Below are positions 27,901-40,178 of a stretch of DNA of 64,000 nt, piece after piece. The DNA comes from Macrostomum hystrix (taxonomy: Eukaryota; Animalia; Platyhelminthes), in the NCBI GenBank assembly GCA_950097015.1, contig CATNEN010000001.1:21824001-21888000 (forward strand), in the 5' to 3' direction. Position numbers and translations under genes: made by a program. The notes under the pieces were generated by a model, which was given only the letters and a program-made list of their open reading frames with translations, searched no databases and had not been told where the DNA came from. Each line of letters begins with the position of its first letter. Position 1 is the stretch's first letter.

Positions 27901-28573
27901 ATCGCCGTTAGCTGGGTCAGTGCGAGGTAGCTCCGTTGACAGGTGAATCTCATTGAAACTGGCCTAAAAATTTGCTTTCTCAGTGAAATTAAAAAAATGG
28001 AAGTAAGTTGTTATTATCGACAGGTTATTAACCTGAACTTACCTGTTCAACTTTAACATCCCATTCGGTGTTGATGCAACAATTTCTAAAATACTTCGAC
28101 CTGAAAATGATATGGCCGATAGCAGTCAACTATTATCGAAGGTGTACTCATTTAAGGTGAGGTTCATCAACTCACCAATCAGTCTCAGAGCTGTCAATCA
28201 CCAGTAGGATTTTGCACCTGCCCGCCGTGTCTTGATGAGTCGAATGATGTTGAAGCTGATGCTGGCCCCAATTTCCTGGAAAGCTGCTCTCCAGCATGTC
28301 CCTCGCGGCAATGAGAACACTGGCGCCAGTGCCGGAGACTTTGAGTCGGTTTGCATGCTGCTGCTGCTGCTGCTGCTGATGCTGCTGCTGCTGCTGCTGC
28401 TGATGCTGATGGTGGTGGTGAAGATGGCTGGTAATGCCAGCGTGGCTACATCGCTTCTGGGGCTGCCTGTGCTGCTGCTGCTGCTCTTGCTGTTGTTGGG
28501 GTTGTTTGAGTTTGGAATCTGTATCTCCCTGGAGATCACCGTGAGAGAGTCTCCGCTTCAAATAGCCCAGCAT
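24969..28573 (-). CDS. SYN: Synapsin (divergent), 11 exons: 28573-28176, 28100-28043, 27963-27824, 27304-27151, 27050-26961, 26490-26419, 26335-26157, 26072-26007, 25826-25724, 25226-24969 (10 coding exons identified; a further non-coding exon is not established)
   Basis: Domain A YLKRRLS; domain C LLVID..TDWSKYF, VKVEQ, PDFVL, LYNFIDRSWV, LGDEKFPL, YPVVLKIG, IQKIG, LFGGLDICSVEA; domain E EDTMQSLRRTFAGLF. All joins are GT-AG and phase-consistent. Confidence 0.92.
25372..25556 (-). mobile_element. SINE family B (CORE-like), internally deleted, in last synapsin intron
   Basis: Matches 7965-8238 (TCGAACCCCCGACCTTCAAGT...CTCTAACCAC). Confidence 0.75.
26536..26897 (-). mobile_element. SINE family A in synapsin intron, (TAT)n tail
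   Basis: Similar to other copies; head slightly truncated. Confidence 0.85.
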
Positions 28574-29069
28574 TTCAGCTGCGGAGATCAGTGGCGGAAA
28601 CGGTTAAGAATATAATTGCGAGTAAAAGATTTGAAACACAAAATGTGTATTCGTAAATCCACGCAAAATGTGTTGCAAAAATTTTCCCAGTCTAATCTAC
28701 AGATGGCTCTTGTCGGCTGCCTGAAGCGAGAAACAAATTCTGCATGTGTTTTATATCGTTCTCTCTCCCACTCTCGATCTCCCAATCTTCAATTTCTCAG
28801 CAGAGGTGGCCAGTGGCACCCGATAAGCCAATTCGAATTCGGCCCCACCAATGCAAGCAAATTTGAGCACACACTTTATGAGAGGCGGGCATCTCCCAGT
28901 GGATCTAGTGAGCCGGGTGTGAGTTTTCTCGCAGGCCGGAGCGGGTACTGGAATATGTACTGGATCTCTCGCATCTCTAGGATGCATAGATTAGGCATTT
29001 GCTAAGCTCTGCAATTCTCGACAATATTTTTGTACCCCTAGGAGTCATTTTGTACTAATGCTCCAGCAT

Positions 29070-29404
29070 GGGGTGAGAGGCAGAGCGATTGACGCCCCCT
29101 GAGTTCGATTCCACGGCGAGGCCAAATTTCTTTGGGGCGCAGCCGCGGAGAGAAGGCTTGGTGGCTTGTCGTGCAATTTACGCCCTTGTGGGCCAAGGTA
29201 CAGTGAGAGTGTACACTCCCTGACGGTGAGAAAGTCAGGGCAGATGTACACACCTGTGTGAGCGTGCGCCTGCGTACGGTATCTGTGTGCGTGTGTGCTT
29301 AAGAGTCAGCGAAATGGGCAGAATTGCCTCCTCACTGGTTGCGGGTCTAGTGTCACCAAATGATGTGCCACTGCCCGCAGCCCTGATGCAAATTTTATTA
29401 TTAT
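29070..29404 (+). mobile_element. SINE family A, plus-strand copy
   Basis: GGGGTGAGAGGCAGAGCG head, GAGTTCGATTCC B box, TTATTATTA tail. Confidence 0.85.
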
Positions 29405-30255
29405 GAATGCACCATCATTCCAAAGCTTGCGATCAGGCGTTCAGTCCATGGACCGGACTGGTCGCCTTAACCTACCTTTAGCAGTGCCCTGCTAAAGGAT
29501 GCAAACTATCTCAAATAGGCTGAAATTCGAACTCCCGACGTCTTTGTATGCAATCCGATGCTCTACTTGGCCACAAGCTTTTTCTTCAGATAAAAATTGA
29601 CTTTTGTCCTTGTGCCAAAGGTGGATTAGAAGACTCATTCTGCGAATAATTGGCAATGTTCATCACTCAAATCTCATTCAGTCACACCTCGAGGCCAGTC
29701 GCAACATCAAAAGCTGTCAGAACTGAGCAGCTTATCAGCGGTGTTTGCGCTTGATAAGCCCTGGCCCGGAAAATGGCTAGCTGACACCTGAGTGATTCCA
29801 AAATATCCAATAAAAACTGTCAGTTGGTTGTCAGTATTGGGTTTCTGATCTGAGGCAAGTGACCTAGCCTTGTCAGCTTGCTGTCGAAAATCGAAATAAA
29901 TTTCACGACACACGTAGTAATTCGGATACATCCTTTCGAAACTTTGGATGTGAAGGCCATCATTTTTTAGCTCATTAAGTGTAACACGGTTTATTTGTAA
30001 GATAGAAATCACACCAGAGAATATTCAATATTCTGTGGAGACTAACCTGAGAGAAATCATAGGGAAATCCGGATGAAAATTCTATCAAACCTTAGAGAAA
30101 ATTGCGGGGAAAACCCGGATAATCCTTGGGAATTCCTGATAATTAAAACCAAATAAGTAAACCCCAATTGGAAATCCCGATATAGGGAAATTGTATTATT
30201 TGTTTTCAAAAAATTTAATTGTTGCTTTAAAGCTGAGACACGTACGGAAACCCCC

Positions 30256-30495
30256 ATGGGGAAAACAGATGGGGAAACCCCGAGAGAGAAACCCCGAGAG
30301 GGAAACCCTGAGAGGGAAACCCCGAGAGGGAAACCCCGAGAGGGAAACCCCGAGAGGGAAACCCCGAGAGGGAAACCCCGAGAGGGAAACCCCGAGAGGG
30401 AAACCCCGAGAGGGAAACCCCGAGAGGGAAACCCCGAGAGGGAAACCCCGAGAGGGAAACCCCGAGAGGGAAACCCCGAGAGGGAAACCCCGATA
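30256..30495. repeat. 14-bp repeat (GAGAGGGAAACCCC)n
   Basis: About 16 units. Confidence 0.95.
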
Positions 30496-30712
30496 AAGAA
30501 ATCTTGATCCGGATTAGCCAGGAATGAAACCATCAGACCATTGCCGCAAAGGATCTACTTGAGGAAATCCCATTTGCCCGGGTTAATTTTTCTAATCCTG
30601 GCAGACTGAAGTAAATAAATTTGTAAGACGTGTCTTAACTTTAAAGCAAAATTTTAATTTTTTGAAACAAATAATACAAAAAAGCTACAGAAAAAACAGA
30701 CGCCAGCATCAT

Positions 30713-33079
30713 TCAGTTTCCAGCAAAGCCTTGCAGATTGTCATAATAGCTCTGGCAGCGAGTAATGTCCTCGGGTGAAAGTCCAGTCGAAGATCCCAGC
30801 AAGGCGGCCCGCGCCGACGTCGGGATGTGCAACACGCCGTCGTGAATGCCGTCCTCCTGCGGTTGTGAAAGATAGGTGAATTTAAATCTAAACGTTTCTT
30901 AGAATTTAAGAGCGAAACATTGGCGGGTGTTCAACCTGCCTCACCTCGCTGTCCGCATCCTCGTAGATGACGCAGAAGGCGTGGACGAAAACGAAACCAG
31001 AGATTAGAATCAGCGAGAGACCCCCGCCAGTGGTGCCGACACCAATGGGCATCATGACGCTGCAATCACAAACGGTTTTTTATGAAATTAGAAAGCATGA
31101 TATTTAGCAATGTCTCTGGGTGGCTACTGCAAGTAGAAAGAATCGGCAATCACTTATTAATGTTGGCTTTGTTGCTCTTGCAGTCGATTCCATCCTCAGC
31201 ATCGCAACTAAAAAATTAAGATTAGAGAAGTTCAAAAATGATAAAGAGAAAGCCATAGACAATTGCTAAACTCACCAAACATTTTCCACTCTCACTGCTT
31301 CTCTCGCTGCTTCTCTCACCCTGCTTCTCTCACCCTGCTTCTCTCTCCCTGCTTCCCTCTCCCTGCTTCTCTCTCCCTGCTTCCCTCTCCCTGCTTCCCT
31401 CTCCCTGCTTCTCTCTCCCTGCTTCCCTCTCCCTGCTTCTCTCTCCCTGCTTCCCTCTCCCTGCTTCCCTCTCCCTGCTTCTCACTGCTTCTCTCCCTGC
31501 TTCTCTCTCACCCTGCTTCTCTCTCCCTGCTTCTCTCTCTCCCTGCTTCTCTCTCCCTGCTTCTCTCTCCCTGCTTCCCTCTCCCTGCTTCCCTCTCCCT
31601 GCTTCTCACTGCTTCTCTCCCTGCTTCTCTCTCACCCTGCTTCTCTCTCCCTGCTTCTCTCTCCCTGCTTCTCTCTCCCTGCTTCTCTCTCCCTGCTTCT
31701 CTCTCCCTGCTTCCCTCTCCCTGCTTCCCTCTCCCTGCTTCTCTCTCACCCTGCTTCTCTCTCCCTGCTTCTCTCTCTCCCCTGCTTCCCTCTCCCTGCT
31801 TCTCTCTCACCCTGCTTCTCTCTCCCTGCTTCTCTCTCTCCCCTACTTCTCTCTCCCTGCTTCTCTCTCTCACTGCTTCTCTCTCTCTCTGCTTCTCTCT
31901 CTCACTGCTTCTCTCTCTCACTGCTTCTCTCTCTCCCTGCTTCTCTCTCCCTGCTTCTCTCTCCCTGCTTTTCTCTCTTCCTGCTTCTCTCTCCCTGCTT
32001 CTCTCTCCCTGCTTCTCTCTCTCCCTGCTTTTCTCTCTCACTGCTTCTCTCTCCCTGCTTCTCTCTCACCCTGCTTCTCTCTCCCTGCTTCCCTCTCCCT
32101 GCTTCTCTCCCTGCTTCTCTTTTTGTAACCCAGCTGGCAAACCAAATCAATAAACAAAGCAGCTGTCAGGTGACTCACGCGTGCAAATACTTGTTTATCT
32201 GCAGGCTAATGATGCCCACCAGTGTGAGTACAACCCCCGTGAGGGTGAGCGCACCAGAGAGAAACTGCGGTATGAGCCAGCTGCGAGTTTTTAGCTTGTA
32301 GGTGTCTCCGAAACGGAATCTTCTGAGGAATCGAACCTGGAATCGAAGAGCACTAAAAACTTGCAGCAGAGACCTCACAATGATCAAATATCACAATGAT
32401 CAACTATCACAATGACCAAATATCACAATGACCAAATATCACAATGATCAACTATCACAATGACCAAATATCACAATGACCAAATATCACAATGACAAAG
32501 TATCACAATGACCAAATATCACAATGACCAAGTATCACAATGACCAAATATCACAATGACCAAGTATCACAATGACCAAATATCACAATGACCAAGTATC
32601 ACAATGGCCCAATATCACAATGACCAGGTTTTAAAATGACCAATTATCACAATGAGCAGGTTTTACGATGCCCAAGTACAAAACTGTATTAATATCCCGT
32701 TTTTTTGTCTCACCTGGTCACCCCTGGACATTGGTGGTGTTTCACGCACGCAAAATCTGAACCTCGGACCCATCCCTGGCGGCTGGCGCTTTGTAACAAA
32801 TTTCGGCCGTTCCGCTGCCACCGATGCTCCTTCATTTTCTGTTTTATCCGCAGACGCCGACCGCAGTTCTAATTCGCTGTTCGTTGCAGAAACTGGAAAT
32901 GGCTGCTCAGTCTGGCGCTGATCTGTCAGACATTCAACTGCCTCATTCAGCTGCCCAAAAACTTCATCAGTATCGCCTGCATCCACGATCTCGTGGCCAA
33001 CATCGTGACTGCTGCAGGCGATGACAAGAATGGCTGGCGGCTGCTGCTGGCTTGTCTGCTCACAATCAGCTGACTGCAT
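30713..33079 (-). CDS. Uncharacterised protein with two predicted TM helices, 4 exons: 33079-32714, 32336-32179, 31059-30945, 30856-30713
   Basis: Canonical splice sites with consistent phases; hydrophobic segments LSGALTLTGVVLTLVGIISL and IGVGTTGGGLSLILISGFVFVHAF. No family recognised; start may lie further upstream. Confidence 0.65.
31290..32120. repeat. Pyrimidine-rich low-complexity repeat (CTCTCCCTGCTT)n
   Basis: Fills intron 2 of the 2-TM gene. Confidence 0.9.
32376..32660. repeat. 16-bp repeat (ATCACAATGACCAAAT)n
   Basis: Fills intron 1 of the 2-TM gene. Confidence 0.9.
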
Positions 33080-33834
33080 TCTAATAGAAGTCCTCACGCG
33101 AATGTTTACAACAATCCGTCAGGCTGTAATGCATCCGATTCGAATCCACAGCCAAATGATATATGTCGCGCTGTTGGGCTATTGGAAATGAAGAATAATG
33201 TATGGCCCAGGGCGAGCCTGTGTTTAGACGGCCGGGCATTGGTTCCGTAAGTGGAACAATTTCGGAGAAGGAAGGCTACAATTGTAGAGAACGAGTGGGG
33301 TAGAGGGAGATGGCATGGGAGAAGACCGGATAGGGGAGGGGGAGAGAGCAACAGCATCCCAGCAGGCGTCATCGCCGGGTTTGTGGGGCCCGGGTCTGGG
33401 CGGTTTGAACTCCGCATGCAAATCCTGATCCTCGCCTCATCTCGTATATCCTCGGCCTCGCCTCTCAGTTGCTAATCTATTCTGCATGGCTGTGGAAAGA
33501 ATTTAGTGTTCTTATTCTGCACAATGAAGACTTTGGTTGCCGATTCTGCTAAATGCGTCTCTGCCTTATTCCATATGCCCTTAGAGATACAGATAGTGAA
33601 TTTCAAGCTAAATTGGCCTGTTAGAAATTTTGTGATGAACTTTAAATTGCGTCGTGGATCTAGGCAGGATCTGGTTTTCATGATCTGGCGAGATAGACTG
33701 ACAAATGTACTTGTAGGCCATCGAAGTCTGGACTGCTGAACTGAATGTTTAAACTAACCAGCAGCGGTGGGTTTGGATGTAATAAACTGTGTTTCAATCG
33801 ATTCTAGTCCACAGAAATGACTTTATGAGAGATT

Positions 33835-35095
33835 ATTGGGAGATTCTTGATGGGAGAATCTAGATTGCCGACTCTAGATGGGGGAATCTAGATGGGAGAA
33901 TCTTGATGGGATAATCTAGATTACTGACTCTTCATGGGGGGAATCTAGATGGGAGAATCTTGATGGGATAATCTAGATTACCGACTCTTCATGGGGGGAA
34001 CTAGATGGGAGAATCTTGATGGGATAATCTAGATTACCGACTCTTCATAGGGGAATCTTGATGGGAGAATCTTGATGGGATAATCTAGATTACCGACTCT
34101 TCATGGGGGGAACTAGATGGGAGAATCTTGATGGGATAATCTAGATTACCGACTCTTCATAGGGGAATCTTGATGGGAGAATCTTGATGGGATAATCTAG
34201 ATTACCGACTCTTCATAGGGGAATCTAGATGGGAGAATCTTGATGGGATAATCTAGATTACCGACTCTTCATGGGGGGAACTAGATGGGAGAATCTTGAT
34301 GGGATAATCTAGATTACCGACTCTTCATGGGGGAATCTAGATGGGAGAATCTTGATGGGATAATCTAGATTACCGACTCTTGATGGGGGAATCTAGATGG
34401 GAGAATCTTGATGGGATAATCTAGATTACCGACTCTTCATGGGGGAATCTAGATGGGAGAATCTTGATGGGATAATCAAGATTACCGACTCTTGATGGGG
34501 GGAACTAGATGGGAGAATCTTGATGGGATAATCTAGATTACCGACTCTTGATGGGGGATCTAGATGGGAGAATCTTGATGGGATAATCTAGATTACTGAC
34601 TCTTTATGGGGGAAACTAAATGGGAGAATCTTGATGGGAGAATCTAGATTACTGACTCTTCATGGGGGAAACTAAATGGGAGAATCTTGATGGGATAATC
34701 TAGATGGGAGAATCTTGATGGGATAATCTAGATGGGAGAATCTTGATGGGATAATCTAGATGGGAGAATCTTGATGGGATAATCTAGATGGGAGAATCTT
34801 GATGGGATAATCTAGATTACCGACTCTTGATGGGGGAAACTAGATGGGAGAATCTTGATGGGATAATCTACATTACCGACTCTTCATGGGATAATCTAGA
34901 TTACCGACTCTTGATGGGAGAATCTTGATGGGATAATCTAGATGGGAGAATCTTGATGGGATAATCTAGATTACCGACTCTTGATGGGGGAAACTAGATG
35001 GGATAATCTTGATGGGATAATCCTAGATGGAAGATTGTTGATTGGATAATATAGATAGGAGAATCTTGATGGGAGAATCTTGATGGGATCATCTC
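33835..35095. repeat. About 56-bp satellite made of four diverged 14-bp subunits (GGGAGAATCTTGAT family)
   Basis: Visible higher-order periodicity. Confidence 0.9.
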
Positions 35096-36219
35096 GTTGG
35101 GACATTATTGATGAGGGAAACTTTGTGGGAGAAACAAAGTTTCATAAAAATATAACAAAATGCATTTGCTTTCAGGTATGCGAACTGTGTAAGTTATTTT
35201 TCACTATGAAATAAAGTTATTTTGCGTAGGTCGATCTTTTTAACTATCTTTCGTATAAGCTAGCTAAAAGTGCTATCACAAGGCAATCTATCTTTTGCTA
35301 AAATAATCTTCATAAAATCAATGTGGCAATTTCGAAGTAAAAAAAAGACGAACACAGAAGTTGCAGACTGCGGCACAGGCGCAACTGTCTTGTGTATTCA
35401 ATGTTGCCAATATTTGTCTGCTAGCTCTCTGATTGGCAAAGGGAGAACTGCTGGCGACTGCCTAGGCCCTGATCATCGATGTGAGGGAGAGAAAGAGACT
35501 GACAGAAGCAAGAGGCACTGCCTGAATCCCCATGCAGCAGGGCGCACTTGAAGTTTTACAAGACCAGTGTGGATTTTGTGCAAAAGTGCAACTGATGCAT
35601 CACTGCAGACACTTTCATCATTTTTAGTGCGATTTGCTAGTTTCCTAGACCAGTGAATCCATACAGCAATGTTTGAACTATCTTTATAATGTCATGCCAA
35701 TATGCGAATCTACACTAACATGACATTTTCTTAAATAACGCATGTCCATTCATTCCTGTTAGCTCAAGAAGAATTTGTAAAACAATTCGTATCTTTTTGC
35801 AAGCAAAGTAGGTCAGTATATCAACTTCACCAATCAAAAGTTAGTTGGCGTAAAAAATCAACATACGCTCATGGTTGGACGAATTTTTCAGCTAGCCAAT
35901 CAGAGAAAGGCCTGATGTGAAAGGGGGACGGAGAGCATAGGCTTACTGAAGGTCATACCCACGATAACCTCTTACCCCTCACCCACCACCCCAAATTATA
36001 GTTTTAAATAGAAGGGGGGTAGAGTTTTAGGGTCGCAGTGAAGGGTCGCAGTGGCTGTCGACCTAGTATGTACAAACGTACTGACCAACGCCTCACACTT
36101 AAACATCTCCGCATGATCCAAGTCCAAATAGCCGCAGCTTAAATGGTGTGAAAAAAAACCGTCCAACTGCATGGTTCGCATATATATAAGGATTTCTCTC
36201 ATCAAGCCTACTCTCTAAA

Positions 36220-36500
36220 CTATAAGCGCCAAGAGACCTCCAAGCTCGCCAACCGCAGCCAGCTCTGCCCGGAGGAGCTGAACATGGCCCTGCGTGGTAC
36301 CTTTCTTTGCCAAGAAGGACAACAACCAGAAGATGGAGGACCTGCTGGCCAAGGCTGGCGACAAGGAGTCTCTAAACTCATGACGAGTTCATCTCATCCA
36401 TGCCATCCTTGGAGGCCAACAAGTGTGACGAGAGAAGCCATCTCACCTGCGCACGACTCTTCAACAAGTTTGCTTCAAGGACAATATTTCCTTCATCATA
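36220..36500 (+). pseudogene. Frameshifted EF-hand/calmodulin-like fragment
   Basis: Reading through two +1 frameshifts gives QLCPEELNMALR..FFAKKDNNQKMEDLLAKAGDKESL.THDEFISS..ARLFNKF, with coding-like codon usage. Confidence 0.4.
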
Positions 36501-37214
36501 ATGTCATACATAAGAATAAAACATTTTTATTTTCCACAAAAATACTAACTTATAATTCTGTTACTGCGTACAATAGAGATGCACAACTAAATAAATGAAC
36601 AAATATGGAAGCATTTTGATTTCGATTTACTAACTAAAAACTTTATTGTCATTTTGAATTAGTTCTTTGTGTCGTGACAACTGCCGTACGCACTACTGAC
36701 AGCATAATTTTGTATTGTACTTTTAATTATGAATGTTTAGAATAAGATTAACTGCTCAATAAAATAGCTCAGCAGAGTAAACTAACGGTACATACAAATG
36801 TAAATACAGAAGCCAGTAACGCTGTTAAAGGCGCTGTTACAGCTGTTCAATCCATTCGAACCCCAGACCTCTTTGTAACTTATGTACATACACGTGCCTT
36901 GTGGCCAAATCAGTTTATATAGTGATTGTACGAGTAAAATGTTCAAGGCACAAATGAAATTATCAAGATGAAAATTTCTACGGAGGACAAGTAGGGAAGG
37001 TGTTTCTTAATTAAGATAAACTCTGATAAGGACGGACCGGGCCACCCTTGTCCACTTCGGCGATATCGGCAACTGTCTAACTGGGGTTAAAATCTATATT
37101 GCAGGTTAGCATTTTAACACCTCTTGCACCTCACTTCGCGACATTATTCAACCATCAGAAGTCACACCTTCACAAAGTAAAGGAAGTCCCAAAGAATTAT
37201 TCCTTGTACTCTTT

Positions 37215-39347
37215 TGCTTCTCTTAGCCTATGCTTCTCTTAGCCTATGCTTCTCTTAGCCTATGCTTCTCTTAGCCGATGCTTCTCTTAGCCTATGCTTC
37301 TCTTAGCCTATGCTTCTCTTATCCTATGCTTCTCTTAGCCGATGCTTCTCTTAGCCGATGCTTCTCTTAGCCGATGCTTCTCTTAGCCTATGCTTCTCTT
37401 AGCCGATGCTTCTCTTAGCCTATGCTTCTCTTAGCCTATGCTTCTCTTAGCCTATGCTTCTCTTAGCCTATGCTTCTCTTAGCCTATGCTTCTCTTAGCC
37501 TATGCTTCTCTTAGCCTATGCTTCTCTTAGCCTATGCTTCTCTTAGCCTATGCTTCTCTTAGCCTATGCTTCTCTTAGCATATGCTTCTCTTAGCATATG
37601 CTTCTCTTAGCCTATGCTTCTCTTATCCTATGCTTCTCTTAGCCTATGCTTCTCTTAGCCTATGCTTCTCTTATCCTATGCCTCTCTTAGCCTATGCTTC
37701 TCTTAGCCGATGCTTCTCTTAGCTTAGCTTCTCTTAGCCTATGCTTCTCTTAGCTTAGCTTCTCTTAGCCTATGCTTCTCTTAGCTTAGCTTCTCAGCCT
37801 ATGCTTCTCTTAGCTTAGCTTCTCTTAGCCTATGCTTCTCTTAGCCGATGCTTCTCTTAGCCTATGCTTCTCTTAGCCGATGCTTCTCTTAGCCTATGCT
37901 TCTCTTAGCCTATGCTTCTCTTAGCCTATGCTTCTCTTAGCCTATGCTTCTCTTAGCCTATGCTTCTCTTAGCCTATGCTTCTCTTAGCATATGCTTCTC
38001 TTAGCCTATGCTTCTCTTATCCTATGCTTCTCTTAGCCTATGCTTCTCTTAGCCTATGCTTCTCTTATCCTATGCCTCTCTTAGCCTATGCTTCTCTTAG
38101 CCGATGCTTCTCTTAGCTTAGCTTCTCTTAGCCTATGCTTCTCTTAGCTTAGCTTCTCTTAGCCTATGCTTCTCTTAGCTTAGCTTCTCAGCCTATGCTT
38201 CTCTTAGCTTAGCTTCTCTTAGCCTATGCTTCTCTTAGCCGATGCTTCTCTTAGCCTATGCTTCTCTTAGCCGATGCTTCTCTTAGCCTATGCTTCTCTT
38301 AGCCTATGCTTCTCTTAGCCTATGCTTCTCTTAGCCTATGCTTCTCTTAGCCTATGCTTCTCTTAGCCTATGCTTCTCTTAGCATATGCTTCTCTTAGCC
38401 TATGCTTCTCTTATCCTATGCTTCTCTTAGCCTATGCTTCTCTTAGCCTATGCTTCTCTTATCCTATGCCTCTCTTAGCCTATGCTTCTCTTAGCCGATG
38501 CTTCTCTTAGCTTAGCTTCTCTTAGCCTATGCTTCTCTTAGCTTAGCTTCTCAGCCTATGCTTCTCTTAGCTTAGCTTCTCTTAGCCTATGCTTCTCTTA
38601 GCTTAGCTTCTCAGCCTATGCTTCTCTTAGCTTAGCTTCTCTTAGCCTATGCTTCTCTTAGCCGATGCTTCTCTTAGCCTATGCTTCTCTTAGCCTATGC
38701 TTCTCTTAGCCTATGCTTCTCTTAGCCTATGCTTCTCTTAGCCTATGCTTCTCTTAGCCTATGCTTCTCTTAGCCTATGCTTCTCTTAGCCTATGTTTCT
38801 CTTAGCCTATGCTTCTCTTAGCTTAGCTTCTCAGCCTATGCTTCTCTTAGCTTAGCTTCTCTTAGCCTATGCTTCTCTTAGCCGATGCTTCTCTTAGCCT
38901 ATGCTTCTCTTAGCCTATGCTTCTCTTAGCCTATGCTTCTCTTAGCCTATGCTTCTCTTAGCCTATGCTTCTCTTAGCCTATGCTTCTCTTAGCCTATGC
39001 TTCTCTTAGCCTATGCTTCTCTTAGCCTATGCTTCTCTTAGCCTATGCTTCTCTTAGCCTATGCTTCTCTTAGCCTATGCTTCTCTTAGCCTATGCTTCT
39101 CTTAGCCGATGCTTCTCTTAGCCTATGCTTCTCTTAGCCTATGCTTCTCTTAGCCTATGCTTCTCTTAGCCTATGCTTCTCTTAGCCTATGCTTCTCTTA
39201 GCCTATGCTTCTCTTAGCCTATGTTTCTCTTAGCCTATGCTTCTCTTAGCTTAGCTTCTCAGCCTATGCTTCTCTTAGCCTATGCTTCTCTTAGCCTATG
39301 CTTCTCTTAGCCTATGTTTCTCTTAGCCTATGCTTCTCTTATCCTAA
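37215..39347. repeat. 16-bp minisatellite (CTTCTCTTAGCCTATG)n with a 394-bp higher-order repeat
   Basis: About 130 units; a diagnostic variant recurs at 37681, 38075 and 38469. Confidence 0.95.
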
Positions 39348-40178
39348 GATAGCTTCGCAAGTTTTGCCATCCAACAAAAGTCTACGGACAAAATTCAATC
39401 TTCAAAAAATGTTTTTTTAATTCTTGTCTGGTGTGTACTAGTTTGTCTTCCTCACACATCTAGTTGAGCTTAATCTGAACGACCAGACCCTGCACCCTCG
39501 AGCTATCAGCCTATTCAACGAACGAACTTATACTATACGCTCTCGGAGCCGAGAACACGCCTGAGGACCATGGCTACAACAGTGAGTCGTTCTTTTTGCA
39601 ACAAGAGTGCAAAGTTAAATTTAGTTTATAACCAATTCATGCATCTGCACAAACTTAATACACTATTCAATGCATAGAAATGCGGTTCGCAGTATCAAAA
39701 TGTCCCTGCCCTATTTTTCAATTTTCTAAAGACCGACTTAGATGTTAAACTGAGTACTAACTACGAACTTTAACACAGCTAACGTGCGCAGCTTGAGAAA
39801 GGATATGGAGAGCCAGGAGAGTGAGAGAAGACGTTGCAACCTTTGTGCCAATAAAAACCTGCACAAAGTAGACAAATTAGACAAACAGCTAAAACTGTAC
39901 AGAAAGAGCATGACTACGCTGGTATAACTCAGTGGCCGAGAGTGCGCATTTTATGAGTAATGCTGCTATAAAAGTATTGATTTATTCTGCGCATTACACT
40001 GCACGTTGTGTACGCGTTATAAATACTCTGTACATTTCTGCCCTTGTGCATTCCACAAGTGTATTATCTCGTTAACGTGCACGAGCTATCAGCAATTTTA
40101 TAACACTAAGTTCTCCGTAACAAATTACGTTTTTGATCATTGCGGGAAGTACTTGTAACACTATAGTGCAGCAGCAGC

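Noticed and set aside
28600-29060. An eleventh synapsin exon upstream of the start codon
   Set aside because: Only ten coding exons could be identified from the sequence; no supported 5' non-coding exon was found, so the exon count should be read as ten.
29220-29335. Hammerhead ribozyme in SINE A (CTGACGA...CGAAA in the consensus)
   Set aside because: Stems II and III do not close properly, and CTGAC is paired with GTCAG.
33106-33739. Short ORFs upstream of the 2-TM gene
   Set aside because: No recognisable motif or consistent splice path.
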